64,000 nucleotides of DNA, from positions 4,890-68,889 of the forward strand of contig JAFVQN010000136.1 in NCBI GenBank assembly GCA_017504805.1. Direction: 5' to 3'. This DNA comes from Akkermansia sp. GTDB taxonomy: Bacteria; Verrucomicrobiota; Verrucomicrobiia; Verrucomicrobiales; Akkermansiaceae. A model generated the notes under the pieces. It did not search any database and was not told where the DNA came from. It saw nothing but the letters and a program-made list of their open reading frames with translations. The stretch's first letter is position 1, and each line of letters starts with the position of its first letter. The position numbers were made by a program, and so were the translations under genes. Below, in pieces: positions 42,762 to 53,183 of the stretch.

Positions 42762-44387
42762 ATGTTCTACATCACGACAGCGATTGACTACACAAATGGC
42801 GCTCCCCATATCGGGCATGCGTATGAGAAGGTACTGGCAGATGTTCTGGCTCGCTGGCACCGAATGTGTGGCGAGGACGTGTTCTTCCTGACGGGTGTGG
42901 ACCAGCACGGCCAGAAAGTGCAGCAGAAAGCAGAAGCTGCCGGTATGCAGCCCCAGGAATATGCCGACATGGTGACTCAGAAGTTTATTGACCTCTGGGA
43001 GCGGCTCGGTATTCAATATGATGGCTGGGCTGCCACTACAGATGCCCGCCACCAAGCCTGCGTGCAGGCTATTCTGAGCGATCTGAAAGAGAAGGGGTGT
43101 CTTTACAAGAAGGGCTACAAGGGGTTTTACTCTATCCGCCAGGAGCAGTTCCTGACCGATAAGGAACGCAATGAACAGGGCGAGTTCGGCCCGGAATGGG
43201 GCGAAGTGGTGGAGCTGGAGGAAGAAAACTGGTATTTCAACCTCAGCCAGCAGGTCGATTGGCTCAAGAATTACGTGACCAACCACCCGTCGGTTGTGAT
43301 TCCGGAGTTCCGCCGCCAGGACCTGCTGAATGCCATTGAACGTGCAGCTGGTGTGGATCTTTGCATCTCCCGCCCGAAAGACCGTCTTTCCTGGGGAATC
43401 CCGCTGCCCTTTGACCCGGACTTTGTGACCTATGTGTGGTTCGATGCTCTGGTGAACTACATCTCCTTTGCCGGCTACAAGGCTGCTGAGGGCTCCGGTC
43501 TGCCGGAGTTCAGCAAGCTGTGGCCCGCCGCCTGTGAGGTGATTGGCAAGGATATCCTGGTGCCGGCACACGGTATCTACTGGCTTTGCATGTTGCACGC
43601 TATGGGCTTTGCGGACGACCAGATTCCCGCTCTGCTGGTGCATGGCTGGCTGAATATCAAGGGCGAGAAGATGTCCAAGTCTCTCGGTAATATCGTGGAT
43701 CCGAACGATTTGTGCGACGCTTTCGGCGCCGAAGCCGTGCGCTACTATTTGGTGCGTGATACCAAGACCGGCTACGACAGCGACTTTGACCCCGAGCGCA
43801 TGAAGATGATTTACAACACGGAGCTTGCCAATGATATCGGCAACCTCTGCAATCGTTCGCTTAATATGTGCGTGCGCTACTGCGGCGGCACTGTTGCCAT
43901 CGGCTCGGAGGATGATGAGCTTTCCGCCGCGCTGCGTGAGAGCATGGCCGGCACTGTAACGAAGTTTACCGAATGCATGAACAGTTACAATACCGCAGAT
44001 GCTCTGGCTGCGTTGAACGCCCACGTGGGCTTGTGCAACAGCTATATTGAGCAGAAGCAGCCCTGGGCGTTGTCCAAGGATGAAAGTAAACTGCCGGAGC
44101 TGAACCGCGTGCTGGCTCACCTTCTGGAATGCTGCGCCCAGGTTGGTTTCCTGCTTGGCTGCGTGCTGCCGGAGGCGTCCGCCCGCATCCTTTCCCAGCT
44201 TGAACTGAATCTGGCTGGTCTTACACCGCAGACGATGACCTGGGGACTGGTTAAGGATGGTCACCGCGTGCAGGCTCCCAGCCCGGTGTTCCCCCGCATC
44301 CTCTCTGCTGAGGAAAAGGAGAAGATGGCTGCCAAGGCTGCCAAGGCTGCAGAGAAGGCAGCACGCAAGGCGGCTCAGCAGGGTTGA
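42762..44387 (+). CDS. metG: Methionyl-tRNA synthetase (short form)
   Basis: PHIGH, YVWFDALVNY, IGKDI, KMSKS. Confidence 0.96.
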   Translation: MFYITTAIDYTNGAPHIGHAYEKVLADVLARWHRMCGEDVFFLTGVDQHGQKVQQKAEAAGMQPQEYADMVTQKFIDLWERLGIQYDGWAATTDARHQACVQAILSDLKEKGCLYKKGYKGFYSIRQEQFLTDKERNEQGEFGPEWGEVVELEEENWYFNLSQQVDWLKNYVTNHPSVVIPEFRRQDLLNAIERAAGVDLCISRPKDRLSWGIPLPFDPDFVTYVWFDALVNYISFAGYKAAEGSGLPEFSKLWPAACEVIGKDILVPAHGIYWLCMLHAMGFADDQIPALLVHGWLNIKGEKMSKSLGNIVDPNDLCDAFGAEAVRYYLVRDTKTGYDSDFDPERMKMIYNTELANDIGNLCNRSLNMCVRYCGGTVAIGSEDDELSAALRESMAGTVTKFTECMNSYNTADALAALNAHVGLCNSYIEQKQPWALSKDESKLPELNRVLAHLLECCAQVGFLLGCVLPEASARILSQLELNLAGLTPQTMTWGLVKDGHRVQAPSPVFPRILSAEEKEKMAAKAAKAAEKAARKAAQQG

Positions 44388-44409
44388 AACTTGAATCTCC
44401 CATCAACGG

Positions 44410-44443
44410 AAAAGGTCTGGGATTATTTCCCAGACCTTTTTTT
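44410..44443. terminator. Bidirectional terminator
   Basis: AAAAGGTCTGGGA-ttatt-TCCCAGACCTTTT plus T-run. Confidence 0.85.
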
Positions 44444-44456
44444 GATAGGTGGTAAC

Positions 44457-45620
44457 TCAGATTTCCTCCACGAGCCCGAAGTAGTCAACGGGGGTGCCCG
44501 AGTCCAGATCGGTGATGAGCCAGATGAAGGGTCGCGTAAAGGAGATGACCCGGGCTGCGTAGTTCAGCGCATCATCTGCGGGGACTTTGGTCGCTGATTC
44601 GGTGAGATGCACCGAAATGCTCTGGATGAAGGCGCCGAGATGAATCTTCTGCGGTGTCAGGGGTGAGAAGTCAGCCGCTTCGGTGTCGAATAAGGCTTTG
44701 AGGCCCAGGCGGCGCAGTGAGTCCCGCATGTCATACGGCAGAACGATTTGCTCCAGACGCGGAAGCTCCACCAGCGTGTCTTCCGGTGTAGTTGCCGCCA
44801 GCTCTTTGCGGATGCTGGTCAGTCGGGCCGGCGTGAGCGCCGATGCGAATGCCCGGGCATCGCCAGCTGGAAGAATGCCGATGAATACAAGAGATGGGTG
44901 CGCATCCGCGCTCTGAGCTTTGAATGGCAGAACCACGGCCTGCCAGCTGTTGTCCGCAGCTCGTACCATGCGGTACATGCCGCGGCTGCGCATCTGGTGA
45001 AAATGCGGCATGCCGCCGCTGGCGCTATCAAAATCTGCCGTGCAGGAGTTTGCCGGATGAAAGGGAATCTCCCAATCCAGCTTGCAATGGGAGGTGCAGC
45101 CGGCCAGCAGGCGTGTGCGGCTGGTCACCATGTTACTGTCGGCCATTTGAAGTGATGCGTTTGCTGTGGCGGGAATCAGCAGGCCATTGAACAAGCTCAG
45201 CGCCATGGGGAGGTTGTCCGAGAATGGCAACGGCATGACGCCGTGCAGTTCTGCGGACCTGGGCAGATTGTAATCCATGGCCAGCAGGGCTGCTGCCAGC
45301 GGCTCTGCTGAGCGTGGCGTTGATTCTTCTGTCAGTTGCAGGTGGTTCAATTCCTCCAGAGTCTTTCCTGCCGCAATTTCCTTGAGCGCAGAAAGCGCGT
45401 GAGTCAGCGTGTGAGGTGCCACCAGCACATTGCCCGTTTTTTCACACAGTGCGTGTTGGAAGAGGTGAAGGCTGAATGAATCCGTCTGCAATTCCTTGAC
45501 CTGAGCGTCAGCTTGTGATGGTTTCATTTGCTCCTGCTGCTGGTTGAGATAGCCGACCCATCCCCCGGCCAGTACGCCCAGGGTAGCCAGTGTCGGAAGC
45601 AGGATTCGGGTGACATTCAT
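44457..45620 (-). CDS. Serpin-family protein, N-terminally anchored or secreted, divergent
   Basis: FSLHLF..NVLVAP..AAGKT, WEIPF, VVLPF, VELPRL, LGLKALF..ADFS, FTRPFIWLI. Confidence 0.8.
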   Translation of the reverse strand: MNVTRILLPTLATLGVLAGGWVGYLNQQQEQMKPSQADAQVKELQTDSFSLHLFQHALCEKTGNVLVAPHTLTHALSALKEIAAGKTLEELNHLQLTEESTPRSAEPLAAALLAMDYNLPRSAELHGVMPLPFSDNLPMALSLFNGLLIPATANASLQMADSNMVTSRTRLLAGCTSHCKLDWEIPFHPANSCTADFDSASGGMPHFHQMRSRGMYRMVRAADNSWQAVVLPFKAQSADAHPSLVFIGILPAGDARAFASALTPARLTSIRKELAATTPEDTLVELPRLEQIVLPYDMRDSLRRLGLKALFDTEAADFSPLTPQKIHLGAFIQSISVHLTESATKVPADDALNYAARVISFTRPFIWLITDLDSGTPVDYFGLVEEI

Positions 45621-45622
45621 CG

Positions 45623-48600
45623 TCAGGAGTATAGTGAAAGTTCCTCATCCAGCCTCGGGCTGGGGGCCACGCAGAATCGCGAGCCGAGCTCGATGCTGGC
45701 ACGGTTGCCAAGCGAATTGCGGAAGGTGATATGCACCGGCGTCTTGCCTGGGTATTTCTGCAGCACTTTCTTGATGAGCTCCAGGTCCCCGGCGTTGTGG
45801 CGTGCGGTGTTGAGCGTGATTTCGTAATGCTTCGATTTGCCGCCCCGGCGCTTGGTGCCGGAGCCAATCTGCTCCAGTCCGTTGGCTGAGACTTTCTTGC
45901 CACCCGTCTTTTCATCCTCGCTGATGCGGCCGCGGAACTGGACAAAATTACCCGCTGTGAGCAAGTCTTCCTGCTCGGCTGCCTTTGTGTACGAATCACC
46001 CCAGAGCAGGGCTTCTGTGCTGCCTGTGAAGTCTTCCACCGTGATGATGGCAAACTTCTGCCCGCTCTTGCTGACCTTGATATTGACGGCGCGGAGCATG
46101 CCTGCCATATCCTTCGCGCCCCGGATTTCCTCTGCGGTGAGGTCGGGCAGGGTGCCGATGGGCAGGTACTTGGGTGAATCGATGATGCCACGCATGCTAT
46201 CCAGCGGGTTGCCGGTGAAGTAGGCGCCTGTCAGGAATTTTTCTTCATCGAGGCGTTTATCCTTCGGCCATTCCTGGAGAATGGCGGATTCAACCGCTGC
46301 GGAGGTTGTCTCCGTCATATCAAAGAGTGCCATCTGACCGGCTTCAGCATCCTTGTGTACGCTGCTGGCGCCGTTGATGCACTGCTCGATGCTCTCGAAA
46401 ATCTGGGCGCGGCACACGTGCATCCAGTCGAAGGCGCCGCACTGCACCAGCACTTCAATCTGGTTCCGGCGCACATTCTGCGGCGGGATGCGGTAGCAGA
46501 AATCTTCCAGACTCTTGTAGGGGCCGTTCTTTTCGCGTTCTTCTACGATGACACGCACTGTTTCCGAGCTCATGCTCTTCACCGACGCCAGGCCGAAGCG
46601 CACGGCGAGTTTGCCGTTGGGCATGGTTTCGGGGCGGAATTTGACAGCACTGTGGTTGACGCAGGGACCCAGTACTTCTATTCCCATGCGGATGGCCTCC
46701 TGAATAAAGACGCCGATTTTTTCATTGGTGGCCTCGTTTGTCATGAGTCCGCAGAGGAATTCCACGGGGTAGTGGGCTTTCAGGTAGGCGGTCCAGTAGG
46801 AAATATGACCGTAGCAGGCGGAGTGCGACTTATTGAAACCGTAGCCGGCAAACTTCTGAATCTTGTCGAAGATGGCATTTGCCGTGGCTTCGTCAATCTG
46901 GTTCACATCCCAGCAGCCTTTCACGAATCGGCGGCGCTGCTCGGCCATTTCCTGCATATCCTTGTGGCCCATGGCTCGGCGCAGAAGGTCAGCGCCACCC
47001 AGGGTGTAGCCGGCAAGCAGCTTGGCTGCTGCCTGCACCTGCTCCTGGTAAATCATGACGCCATATGTCAGACCGGATACCGTTTCCAGCAGGGGATGCT
47101 CGTATTCTGCCTGCTTGAGTCCTTTCTTCACGGCAATCATGTCGTCCATGAACTGCATGGCGCCGGGGCGGTAGAGGGCGAGCAGGGCGATGATGTCTTC
47201 GATGTTGTCGATGCCGTAGCGCCGGCAGGTGTCGACCATGCCGCCGGATTCCAGCTGGAACACGCCCATGGTGTCGCCTCGGTTCAGCAGTTCGAATGTT
47301 TCCTTGTCAGTGATATCAACCGCATCGTAGCGGAAATCAGGGTCGCGCCAGCGGACGTAGGTTTCCGCATCTTTCATCACGGTGAGGGTCTTGAGCCCCA
47401 GGAAGTCCATCTTCAGCAGGCCGGCGTTGTAAATGGCGCCCATATCGCACTGCGCCACTACTTCGCCCTGCGGGTTGCTCAGGTCATCTCGCGTGAGCGC
47501 CACGTATTCATCCAGAGGACGGTCACCAATCACCACACCGGCGGCGTGCATGCCCACGTTGCGCACGGTGCCTTCAAGCTTCTTGGCGTAGTTCCAGATT
47601 TCCTTGTAGGTATCGTCCTGCTCTACGAGGGTGCGCAGGTCTTCGCTGGCGGCGTAGCTCTTGTCCAGTGTCACGCCCGGTCCGCTTTCGATGAGCTTGG
47701 CAATCTTGTCACTGTCGCTGTAGCTCATGTCGAGTACGCGTGCTACGTCTTTAATGACCGACTTGGCACCCATGGTGCCGTAGGTGATGATGTGGGTCAC
47801 AGCTCGTTCACCATACTTCTGGCGCACGTATTCAATCACCTCCGGGCGGCGTGTCTGGCAGAAGTCGATATCAATATCCGGCGGACTCACACGCTCCGGG
47901 TTCAGGAATCGCTCGAAAATGAGGTTGAAGGCGTAGGGGTCGATGTTCGTGATTTTCATCACGTATGCCACCAGGGAACCGGCGGCGGATCCACGGCCGG
48001 GGCCTACGGGAATATCGTGATTCTTGGCCCAGTTGATGAAGTCAGCTGTGATGAGGAAGTAGCTGGGGAAGCGCAGCTGGTTGATAATGCCCAGCTCGTA
48101 ATCCAGACGGGCTCGCAGCTCCTGGTCGTTCTCGGCGCGTTCCTTGCCGTAGCGCTCGGCCAGGCCTTCGTAGCAGATTTTGCGCAGATATTCCTCGCGG
48201 GTGGAGCCGTCCTCCGGTGCGAATTCCGGGTAACGCTCGGTGGAGGTGGAGTCGAGCTTGATGGAGGTGTTGCAACGCTCGGCAATCACGTTGGTATTCT
48301 CGTAGGCATCCGGGTATTCGGGGAAGAGCTCGCGCATCTCGGCCTCGCTCTTGAAATAGACGCTCTTGGGGTAGCGCATACGCTTGGAATCCATACGCTT
48401 GTTGCCCGTACCCACGCAGATGAGGATATCGTGCGCATCGTGGTCATCAGCATTCAGGAAGTGGGCATCATTCGTCACCACCAGCGGCACATTGTTCTTG
48501 CGGGCAATGCGCACCAGCTCGGGCGTCACGCGGCGTTCTTCTTCCAGCTCATGGTCCTGCAGCTCCACAAACACATTATCCTTGCCGAAGATATCCACCA

Positions 48601-49135
48601 AATCCAGCAGCACCTGCTCGGCTTTCTCGGGCTCATCGCGCAGGAGCCACTCCTGCATGGGACCGGAGATACAGCCGGTGAGGCAGATAAGCCCCTTGCT
48701 GAACTCGCGCAGGGTGTCGTAGTCGATGCGCGGTTTGTAGTAGAAGCCGTCCAGGTGGCCGCGGGAGACGATTTTGATGAGGTTTTCCCAGCCGATGTTG
48801 TTTTCGCAGAGCAGCACCAGGTGGCAGTACTTGTTGCGGCCGGGAATCTGCTTCTTCACATCCAGCGGGGTGGGGGCCACGTAGACCTCGCAGCCCAGAA
48901 TCGGCTTGAACACCGGCTTCTTTTCGTCCGGGTGTTCCATATTCCACTCCAGCACGCCCTTGTTGTGCTTCTTCACGTTCACCATGAACTCGATAGCTGC
49001 AAACACATTGCCGTGGTCCGTAATGGCAACGGAATTCATCCCGAGTTCGACGCATTTCTTAATCAGATCCTTGGTGTGGATCATGCCGTCGAGCAGTGAG
49101 TATTCAGTGTGAACGTGTAAGTGAGTGAAAGCCAT
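45623..49135 (-). CDS. dnaE: DNA polymerase III alpha subunit
   Basis: HLHVHTEYSLLDG, GPGRGSAAGS, PDIDIDF, KMDFLGL, YGFNKSH. Confidence 0.98.
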   Translation of the reverse strand: MAFTHLHVHTEYSLLDGMIHTKDLIKKCVELGMNSVAITDHGNVFAAIEFMVNVKKHNKGVLEWNMEHPDEKKPVFKPILGCEVYVAPTPLDVKKQIPGRNKYCHLVLLCENNIGWENLIKIVSRGHLDGFYYKPRIDYDTLREFSKGLICLTGCISGPMQEWLLRDEPEKAEQVLLDLVDIFGKDNVFVELQDHELEEERRVTPELVRIARKNNVPLVVTNDAHFLNADDHDAHDILICVGTGNKRMDSKRMRYPKSVYFKSEAEMRELFPEYPDAYENTNVIAERCNTSIKLDSTSTERYPEFAPEDGSTREEYLRKICYEGLAERYGKERAENDQELRARLDYELGIINQLRFPSYFLITADFINWAKNHDIPVGPGRGSAAGSLVAYVMKITNIDPYAFNLIFERFLNPERVSPPDIDIDFCQTRRPEVIEYVRQKYGERAVTHIITYGTMGAKSVIKDVARVLDMSYSDSDKIAKLIESGPGVTLDKSYAASEDLRTLVEQDDTYKEIWNYAKKLEGTVRNVGMHAAGVVIGDRPLDEYVALTRDDLSNPQGEVVAQCDMGAIYNAGLLKMDFLGLKTLTVMKDAETYVRWRDPDFRYDAVDITDKETFELLNRGDTMGVFQLESGGMVDTCRRYGIDNIEDIIALLALYRPGAMQFMDDMIAVKKGLKQAEYEHPLLETVSGLTYGVMIYQEQVQAAAKLLAGYTLGGADLLRRAMGHKDMQEMAEQRRRFVKGCWDVNQIDEATANAIFDKIQKFAGYGFNKSHSACYGHISYWTAYLKAHYPVEFLCGLMTNEATNEKIGVFIQEAIRMGIEVLGPCVNHSAVKFRPETMPNGKLAVRFGLASVKSMSSETVRVIVEEREKNGPYKSLEDFCYRIPPQNVRRNQIEVLVQCGAFDWMHVCRAQIFESIEQCINGASSVHKDAEAGQMALFDMTETTSAAVESAILQEWPKDKRLDEEKFLTGAYFTGNPLDSMRGIIDSPKYLPIGTLPDLTAEEIRGAKDMAGMLRAVNIKVSKSGQKFAIITVEDFTGSTEALLWGDSYTKAAEQEDLLTAGNFVQFRGRISEDEKTGGKKVSANGLEQIGSGTKRRGGKSKHYEITLNTARHNAGDLELIKKVLQKYPGKTPVHITFRNSLGNRASIELGSRFCVAPSPRLDEELSLYS

Positions 49136-49148
49136 AGCGCGTGCGATG

Positions 49149-49177
49149 ATTATACACTATACAGGCCGGCATGTCAG
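49149..49177 (-). promoter_or_regulatory. Sigma70-like promoter of dnaE
   Basis: CTGACA-17-TATAAT, 13 nt before ATG. Confidence 0.65.
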
Positions 49178-49213
49178 CACGAAAACATGCCAACGAACAC
49201 AAAATATCCGCGT

Positions 49214-49639
49214 TCAATCAAGGCAGAACGGGTCAATGCCCCGGTGAAGCTGGTTATGCTTCCGTATTGCCAAGGCTATTTCCTCTGCCATGGGAGAATA
49301 GGTGGTGGGCGGAATCTCGCAGGGCAAATGCAGGTGCATCTCGTTATCTGCAGTGAAGAGGGGACTGCAGTGCACCTCGTCGCCTACGTGAGATTTCAGA
49401 ATACCCTCAAGGTGTTCAGCTAATTCCAGGGTTTTACGGGTATAACGGGGATGAAACCGGTTGACATATACGAATCGCCCGGTGCTCAGTTTTCCGATTC
49501 GGGTATAGAACAATGGGCAGGCAACCAGACCAATCAGGCTGAGAAATGAGGTTGTGATGGCGAAACGGAACTTGTTTTCACCGTGTCCGATGCGCAATTC
49601 GCGAAAACCGCAGCTGATACCGAGGGACTTACAAGTCAT
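49214..49639 (-). CDS. Hypothetical membrane protein
   Basis: One hydrophobic segment; overlaps the upstream ORF stop. Confidence 0.55.
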   Translation of the reverse strand: MTCKSLGISCGFRELRIGHGENKFRFAITTSFLSLIGLVACPLFYTRIGKLSTGRFVYVNRFHPRYTRKTLELAEHLEGILKSHVGDEVHCSPLFTADNEMHLHLPCEIPPTTYSPMAEEIALAIRKHNQLHRGIDPFCLD

Positions 49640-50105
49640 GGTCAGTTTTGGTGGGGATGGCTGATTTGAGGAAATCACACACTTTCAGGCATTCTTCACT
49701 GCTTCGAGTGTTGGTGAAGAATTTCTTGCGGGCAGAGCCGTTGATGATGAAGACATGACCGCCTGTATTGGAGGCAAACGACCCAATGTTCACCTCCACG
49801 CTGCCAGCCTGACCGATGCAAATCTGACTGTCTGCGTTCAGTTCTGCTGTCGATGTCAGATACCAGTGGCCGATAAGCCTGCGTTTGCCAATAACCCGGC
49901 CGCGCTCAATGGAAATGATAAACGGAGCAGGACGGGTCAGCAGAAACCCGGTAAAAGCACCAACCGCAAGCAGGGCGCCGGCCAGAAGTTCGCCAGCCGA
50001 TTCTGCTTTTCCGGCTGCGATACAGTATACGACGAAGCAGAAAAAGACAAGGGCTATAACACCGAAGAGCCACCAAGGTCCCTGATTATCGAATCGAACA
50101 GTCAT
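49629..50105 (-). CDS. Hypothetical protein with two N-terminal TM helices
   Basis: Two TM segments then a soluble beta-rich domain. Confidence 0.65.
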   Translation of the reverse strand: MTVRFDNQGPWWLFGVIALVFFCFVVYCIAAGKAESAGELLAGALLAVGAFTGFLLTRPAPFIISIERGRVIGKRRLIGHWYLTSTAELNADSQICIGQAGSVEVNIGSFASNTGGHVFIINGSARKKFFTNTRSSEECLKVCDFLKSAIPTKTDHDL

Positions 50106-50228
50106 AGAGTGTGCTCCATCGTATACACGAAGAGCGAATATGAGTCAAGTCGAAACCCTGAGATGAGCCCGATTCATTTTACCTTGCTATGAGGAGGTGA
50201 ATCTGGTAGACTGTGCGGCAGCACGTGT

Positions 50229-53156
50229 ATGAAAGCTTACTACATTATCCCTGTGCTGTGCATGGGGGTGCTCGGGCTGACGGATGCTGCAGAGCGCGAA
50301 AGTTTTGATTTTGACTGGAAGTTCCGCTATATGGGGAGCGATGTGCCGGAGGAAGTGGATTCTCCGGCAACGGCGTCTGCGTGTGAGCCCGGGCATGTGG
50401 CTGCTCATGCGGTGGACCGGAATCCGGCAACGCGCTGGTGTGCGCCTGATGGTGGGACCGGGTATTTCCTGCAGGTGCATCCGGGTACCCGGAGAAAGGT
50501 GGAAAACGTCATCATTCTGTGGGAAAAGCCTAATGCTTTTCAGGTCGATGTTGAAATTATTTCGGACGGTCTGAAGAAGACCCGGACGCTTGCGATGAAT
50601 CAGCAGGACGTGCTGCGGATTCCGGTTGGAAACAGACCGATCGATTCGTTCAAAGTAACTATTTTGAATGGCACTAATGCCACGGCCTGGGCCAGCGTGC
50701 GCGAGATTGTGTTCCTTGATGATGCCGGGAAACCAATTCGCCTGCGGAAGCCGCGCCGCAAGGTTCACAATGTGGTGAAACCTGATTTCGATGATTCCGG
50801 ATTCAAGGCGGTTCAACTGCCGCATGACTGGGCGATAGAAAGCCCGTTTCTGCGAGAAAAGCCCAATGAAACAGGCAAATTGCCCTGGGATGGCTGGGGG
50901 TGCTACCGCAAACGTTTTCAGGTGCCCTCTGAATTTGATAAGGAGACACAGCGTTACTACCTGGATTTTGACGGCGTGATGTCGAATCCCCGTGTGTACG
51001 TCAATGGCCGGCTGGCTGGTCAATGGGCGTATGGCTATAACTCGTTCCGCGTGAATCTGACGCCGCATCTCAAGCCGGGGGAGGAAAACCTGGTGGCTGT
51101 CCTGGCGAGCAACCTGCCGCAGTCGACCCGCTGGTATCCCGGTGCCGGCATTTACCGCCACGTATGGCTGGAAAAGACGGGAGCAGTGCATCTCTCCCAG
51201 TGGCCGGTGTATGTGGCTACTTCCCGTATCAGTGCTGACTCGGCAGAGCTGGAAATCAGGACGCGGGTGGAAAATCACTCGGCACAGGCCTGCCCGGTGA
51301 CGCTGCTGCAGACGGTGGCTGAAACGAGTGCGGCTCCTTTTACGGTTGAGGTGCCAGCGGGGGGCAGCCGGGTGGTGACGCAGAAGTTGCTCCTGAAAAA
51401 GCCGTTGATGTGGAGTTGTGAGAACCCGAATCTTTACACCTTGCAGACCCGGGTGCTGACCGGAGAGACGGTGCTGGACTCACACGCGACGACCTTTGGC
51501 GTGCGTACGATAGAATGGCGGCCGGAGGGCTTTTTTTTGAACGGGAAGCGCGTGCAGATTAAGGGTGTGTGCGAACATCACGATCTAGGGGCTCTTGGCG
51601 CTGCTTTCCATACGCGTGCATACGAACGCAAAATTGAGATTCTGAAGGAGATGGGCTGCAACTCCATCCGTATGTCGCACAACCCGCCTGCGCCCGAGGT
51701 GCTGGACCTGTGTGATAAGCACGGCATGCTGGTGATTGATGAATTGTTTGATATCTGGGAGGAACAGAAGTACGACAAGGTGAATGGCTACCACCTGTAC
51801 TGGCCGAAGTGGTGGAAGCGAGATGTGCGCAACTTCATGCTCAGGGACAGGAATCATCCCTGCATCATAGCCTGGAGCGGTGGTAATGAGGTGCCGGAGC
51901 TGGGAACGGCTCGCGGGCAGGAGATTTCAAACGCTTTGCGCAAGGAGATGCGCAGGTTCGACAAGACCCGGCCTTACACGGTAGGCAGCAATGACCCCGG
52001 TAGTGTGACGAATGGTTTTGCCGGCACGGTGGATGTATTCGGGTTCAATTACAAACCGGACATGTATGGCCGGTTCCGGCTCATTCATCCGGAGCTGCCG
52101 GTCTATGCGTCAGAAACGAATTCGTGCGTTGCATCCCGCGATACGTATTTCTTCCCGTTGAGCTGGGAAGTTGGAGGCGGTGCGCGCTCCTTTCATGTGA
52201 GTTCGTATGGGTTGTCTGCTCCGGGGTGGGGGACGAGCCCGGATATTGAGATGCATGCCCTGGACCAGAACAGGCACGTGGCGGGTGAATATGTGTGGAC
52301 CGGTTTCGATTATCTCGGAGAACCGACTCCATACAACCAGGATGCTTCCAATATCGGCAATTTCCATGGTGCCAGTGAGGCGGAAAAACAGGCTGCCATG
52401 GAGGAACTCCGCCGCATGGGCAATAAAGCACCCAGCAGAAGTTCGTATTTCGGCATCGTTGACCTGGCAGGATTCCCCAAGGATACCTACTACCTGTACC
52501 GCAGTCACTGGGCGCCTGAGAAACAGACATGCCATATCCTGCCGCACTGGAACTGGCCCGGGCGTGAGGGGCAGGTGACTCCCGTGATGGTGTATTCCAG
52601 CGGCGATGAGGCGGAGTTGTTTGTGAATGGCAAGAGTCAGGGGGTGCGCCGCCGCGGGCAGGGGGATACCTACACGCAGAAGCTTTCCGTCTGCAAGAAT
52701 GCATACCGCTTTGTGTGGGAGAATGTGGTGTACGAACCGGGTACGGTGCGTGTGGTGGTCCGCCGGGATGGGAAACCCTGGGCAGAAGCGCAGCGGGTGA
52801 CAACAGGTGCGAGTTCGGCTGTCTCTGCTGAGGTGGACCGTGCGTCCATTGCGGGTGACGGCCGCGACTTGGCCTACATCAGCCTTTCGCTGGTAGATGC
52901 TCAGGGCAACGTGGTGCCTACGGACTGCCTCAGGGTGTCATTCGATATTTCCGGAGCCGGTGAATTGGTCGGTTTCTGCAATGGAAATCAAACGGACCAC
53001 ACTTGTATGCAGTCTAAGCAGCAGAGTTTTTTCAACGGGCGCATGATTGCCATTGTGCGCGGTGTGCGCGGCGCATCAGGCCAGGCTACTGTATCGGTAC
53101 AGGCAGAGGGGCTGCCGCCTGTAGACGTGCAGCTCAGGGTTGGTGCGGTAGAATGA
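50229..53156 (+). CDS. Secreted GH2 beta-galactosidase-like glycosidase with inserted F5/8-type-C (CBM32-like) domain
   Basis: LPHDWAI, FDGVM, RWYPGAGIYR, GVCEHHD, RMSHNP, WSGGNE, YASET, WTGFDYLGEPTP; DRNPATRW insert. Confidence 0.93.
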   Translation: MKAYYIIPVLCMGVLGLTDAAERESFDFDWKFRYMGSDVPEEVDSPATASACEPGHVAAHAVDRNPATRWCAPDGGTGYFLQVHPGTRRKVENVIILWEKPNAFQVDVEIISDGLKKTRTLAMNQQDVLRIPVGNRPIDSFKVTILNGTNATAWASVREIVFLDDAGKPIRLRKPRRKVHNVVKPDFDDSGFKAVQLPHDWAIESPFLREKPNETGKLPWDGWGCYRKRFQVPSEFDKETQRYYLDFDGVMSNPRVYVNGRLAGQWAYGYNSFRVNLTPHLKPGEENLVAVLASNLPQSTRWYPGAGIYRHVWLEKTGAVHLSQWPVYVATSRISADSAELEIRTRVENHSAQACPVTLLQTVAETSAAPFTVEVPAGGSRVVTQKLLLKKPLMWSCENPNLYTLQTRVLTGETVLDSHATTFGVRTIEWRPEGFFLNGKRVQIKGVCEHHDLGALGAAFHTRAYERKIEILKEMGCNSIRMSHNPPAPEVLDLCDKHGMLVIDELFDIWEEQKYDKVNGYHLYWPKWWKRDVRNFMLRDRNHPCIIAWSGGNEVPELGTARGQEISNALRKEMRRFDKTRPYTVGSNDPGSVTNGFAGTVDVFGFNYKPDMYGRFRLIHPELPVYASETNSCVASRDTYFFPLSWEVGGGARSFHVSSYGLSAPGWGTSPDIEMHALDQNRHVAGEYVWTGFDYLGEPTPYNQDASNIGNFHGASEAEKQAAMEELRRMGNKAPSRSSYFGIVDLAGFPKDTYYLYRSHWAPEKQTCHILPHWNWPGREGQVTPVMVYSSGDEAELFVNGKSQGVRRRGQGDTYTQKLSVCKNAYRFVWENVVYEPGTVRVVVRRDGKPWAEAQRVTTGASSAVSAEVDRASIAGDGRDLAYISLSLVDAQGNVVPTDCLRVSFDISGAGELVGFCNGNQTDHTCMQSKQQSFFNGRMIAIVRGVRGASGQATVSVQAEGLPPVDVQLRVGAVE

Positions 53157-53183
53157 TTATCAAATACGGAGTTACTTAACTAT

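Noticed and set aside
46355-49099. 914-aa ORF antisense to dnaE (also 42678-44264, 36457-38253, 60328-62205)
   Set aside because: Mirror-frame shadows of conserved, codon-biased genes; no recognisable motifs
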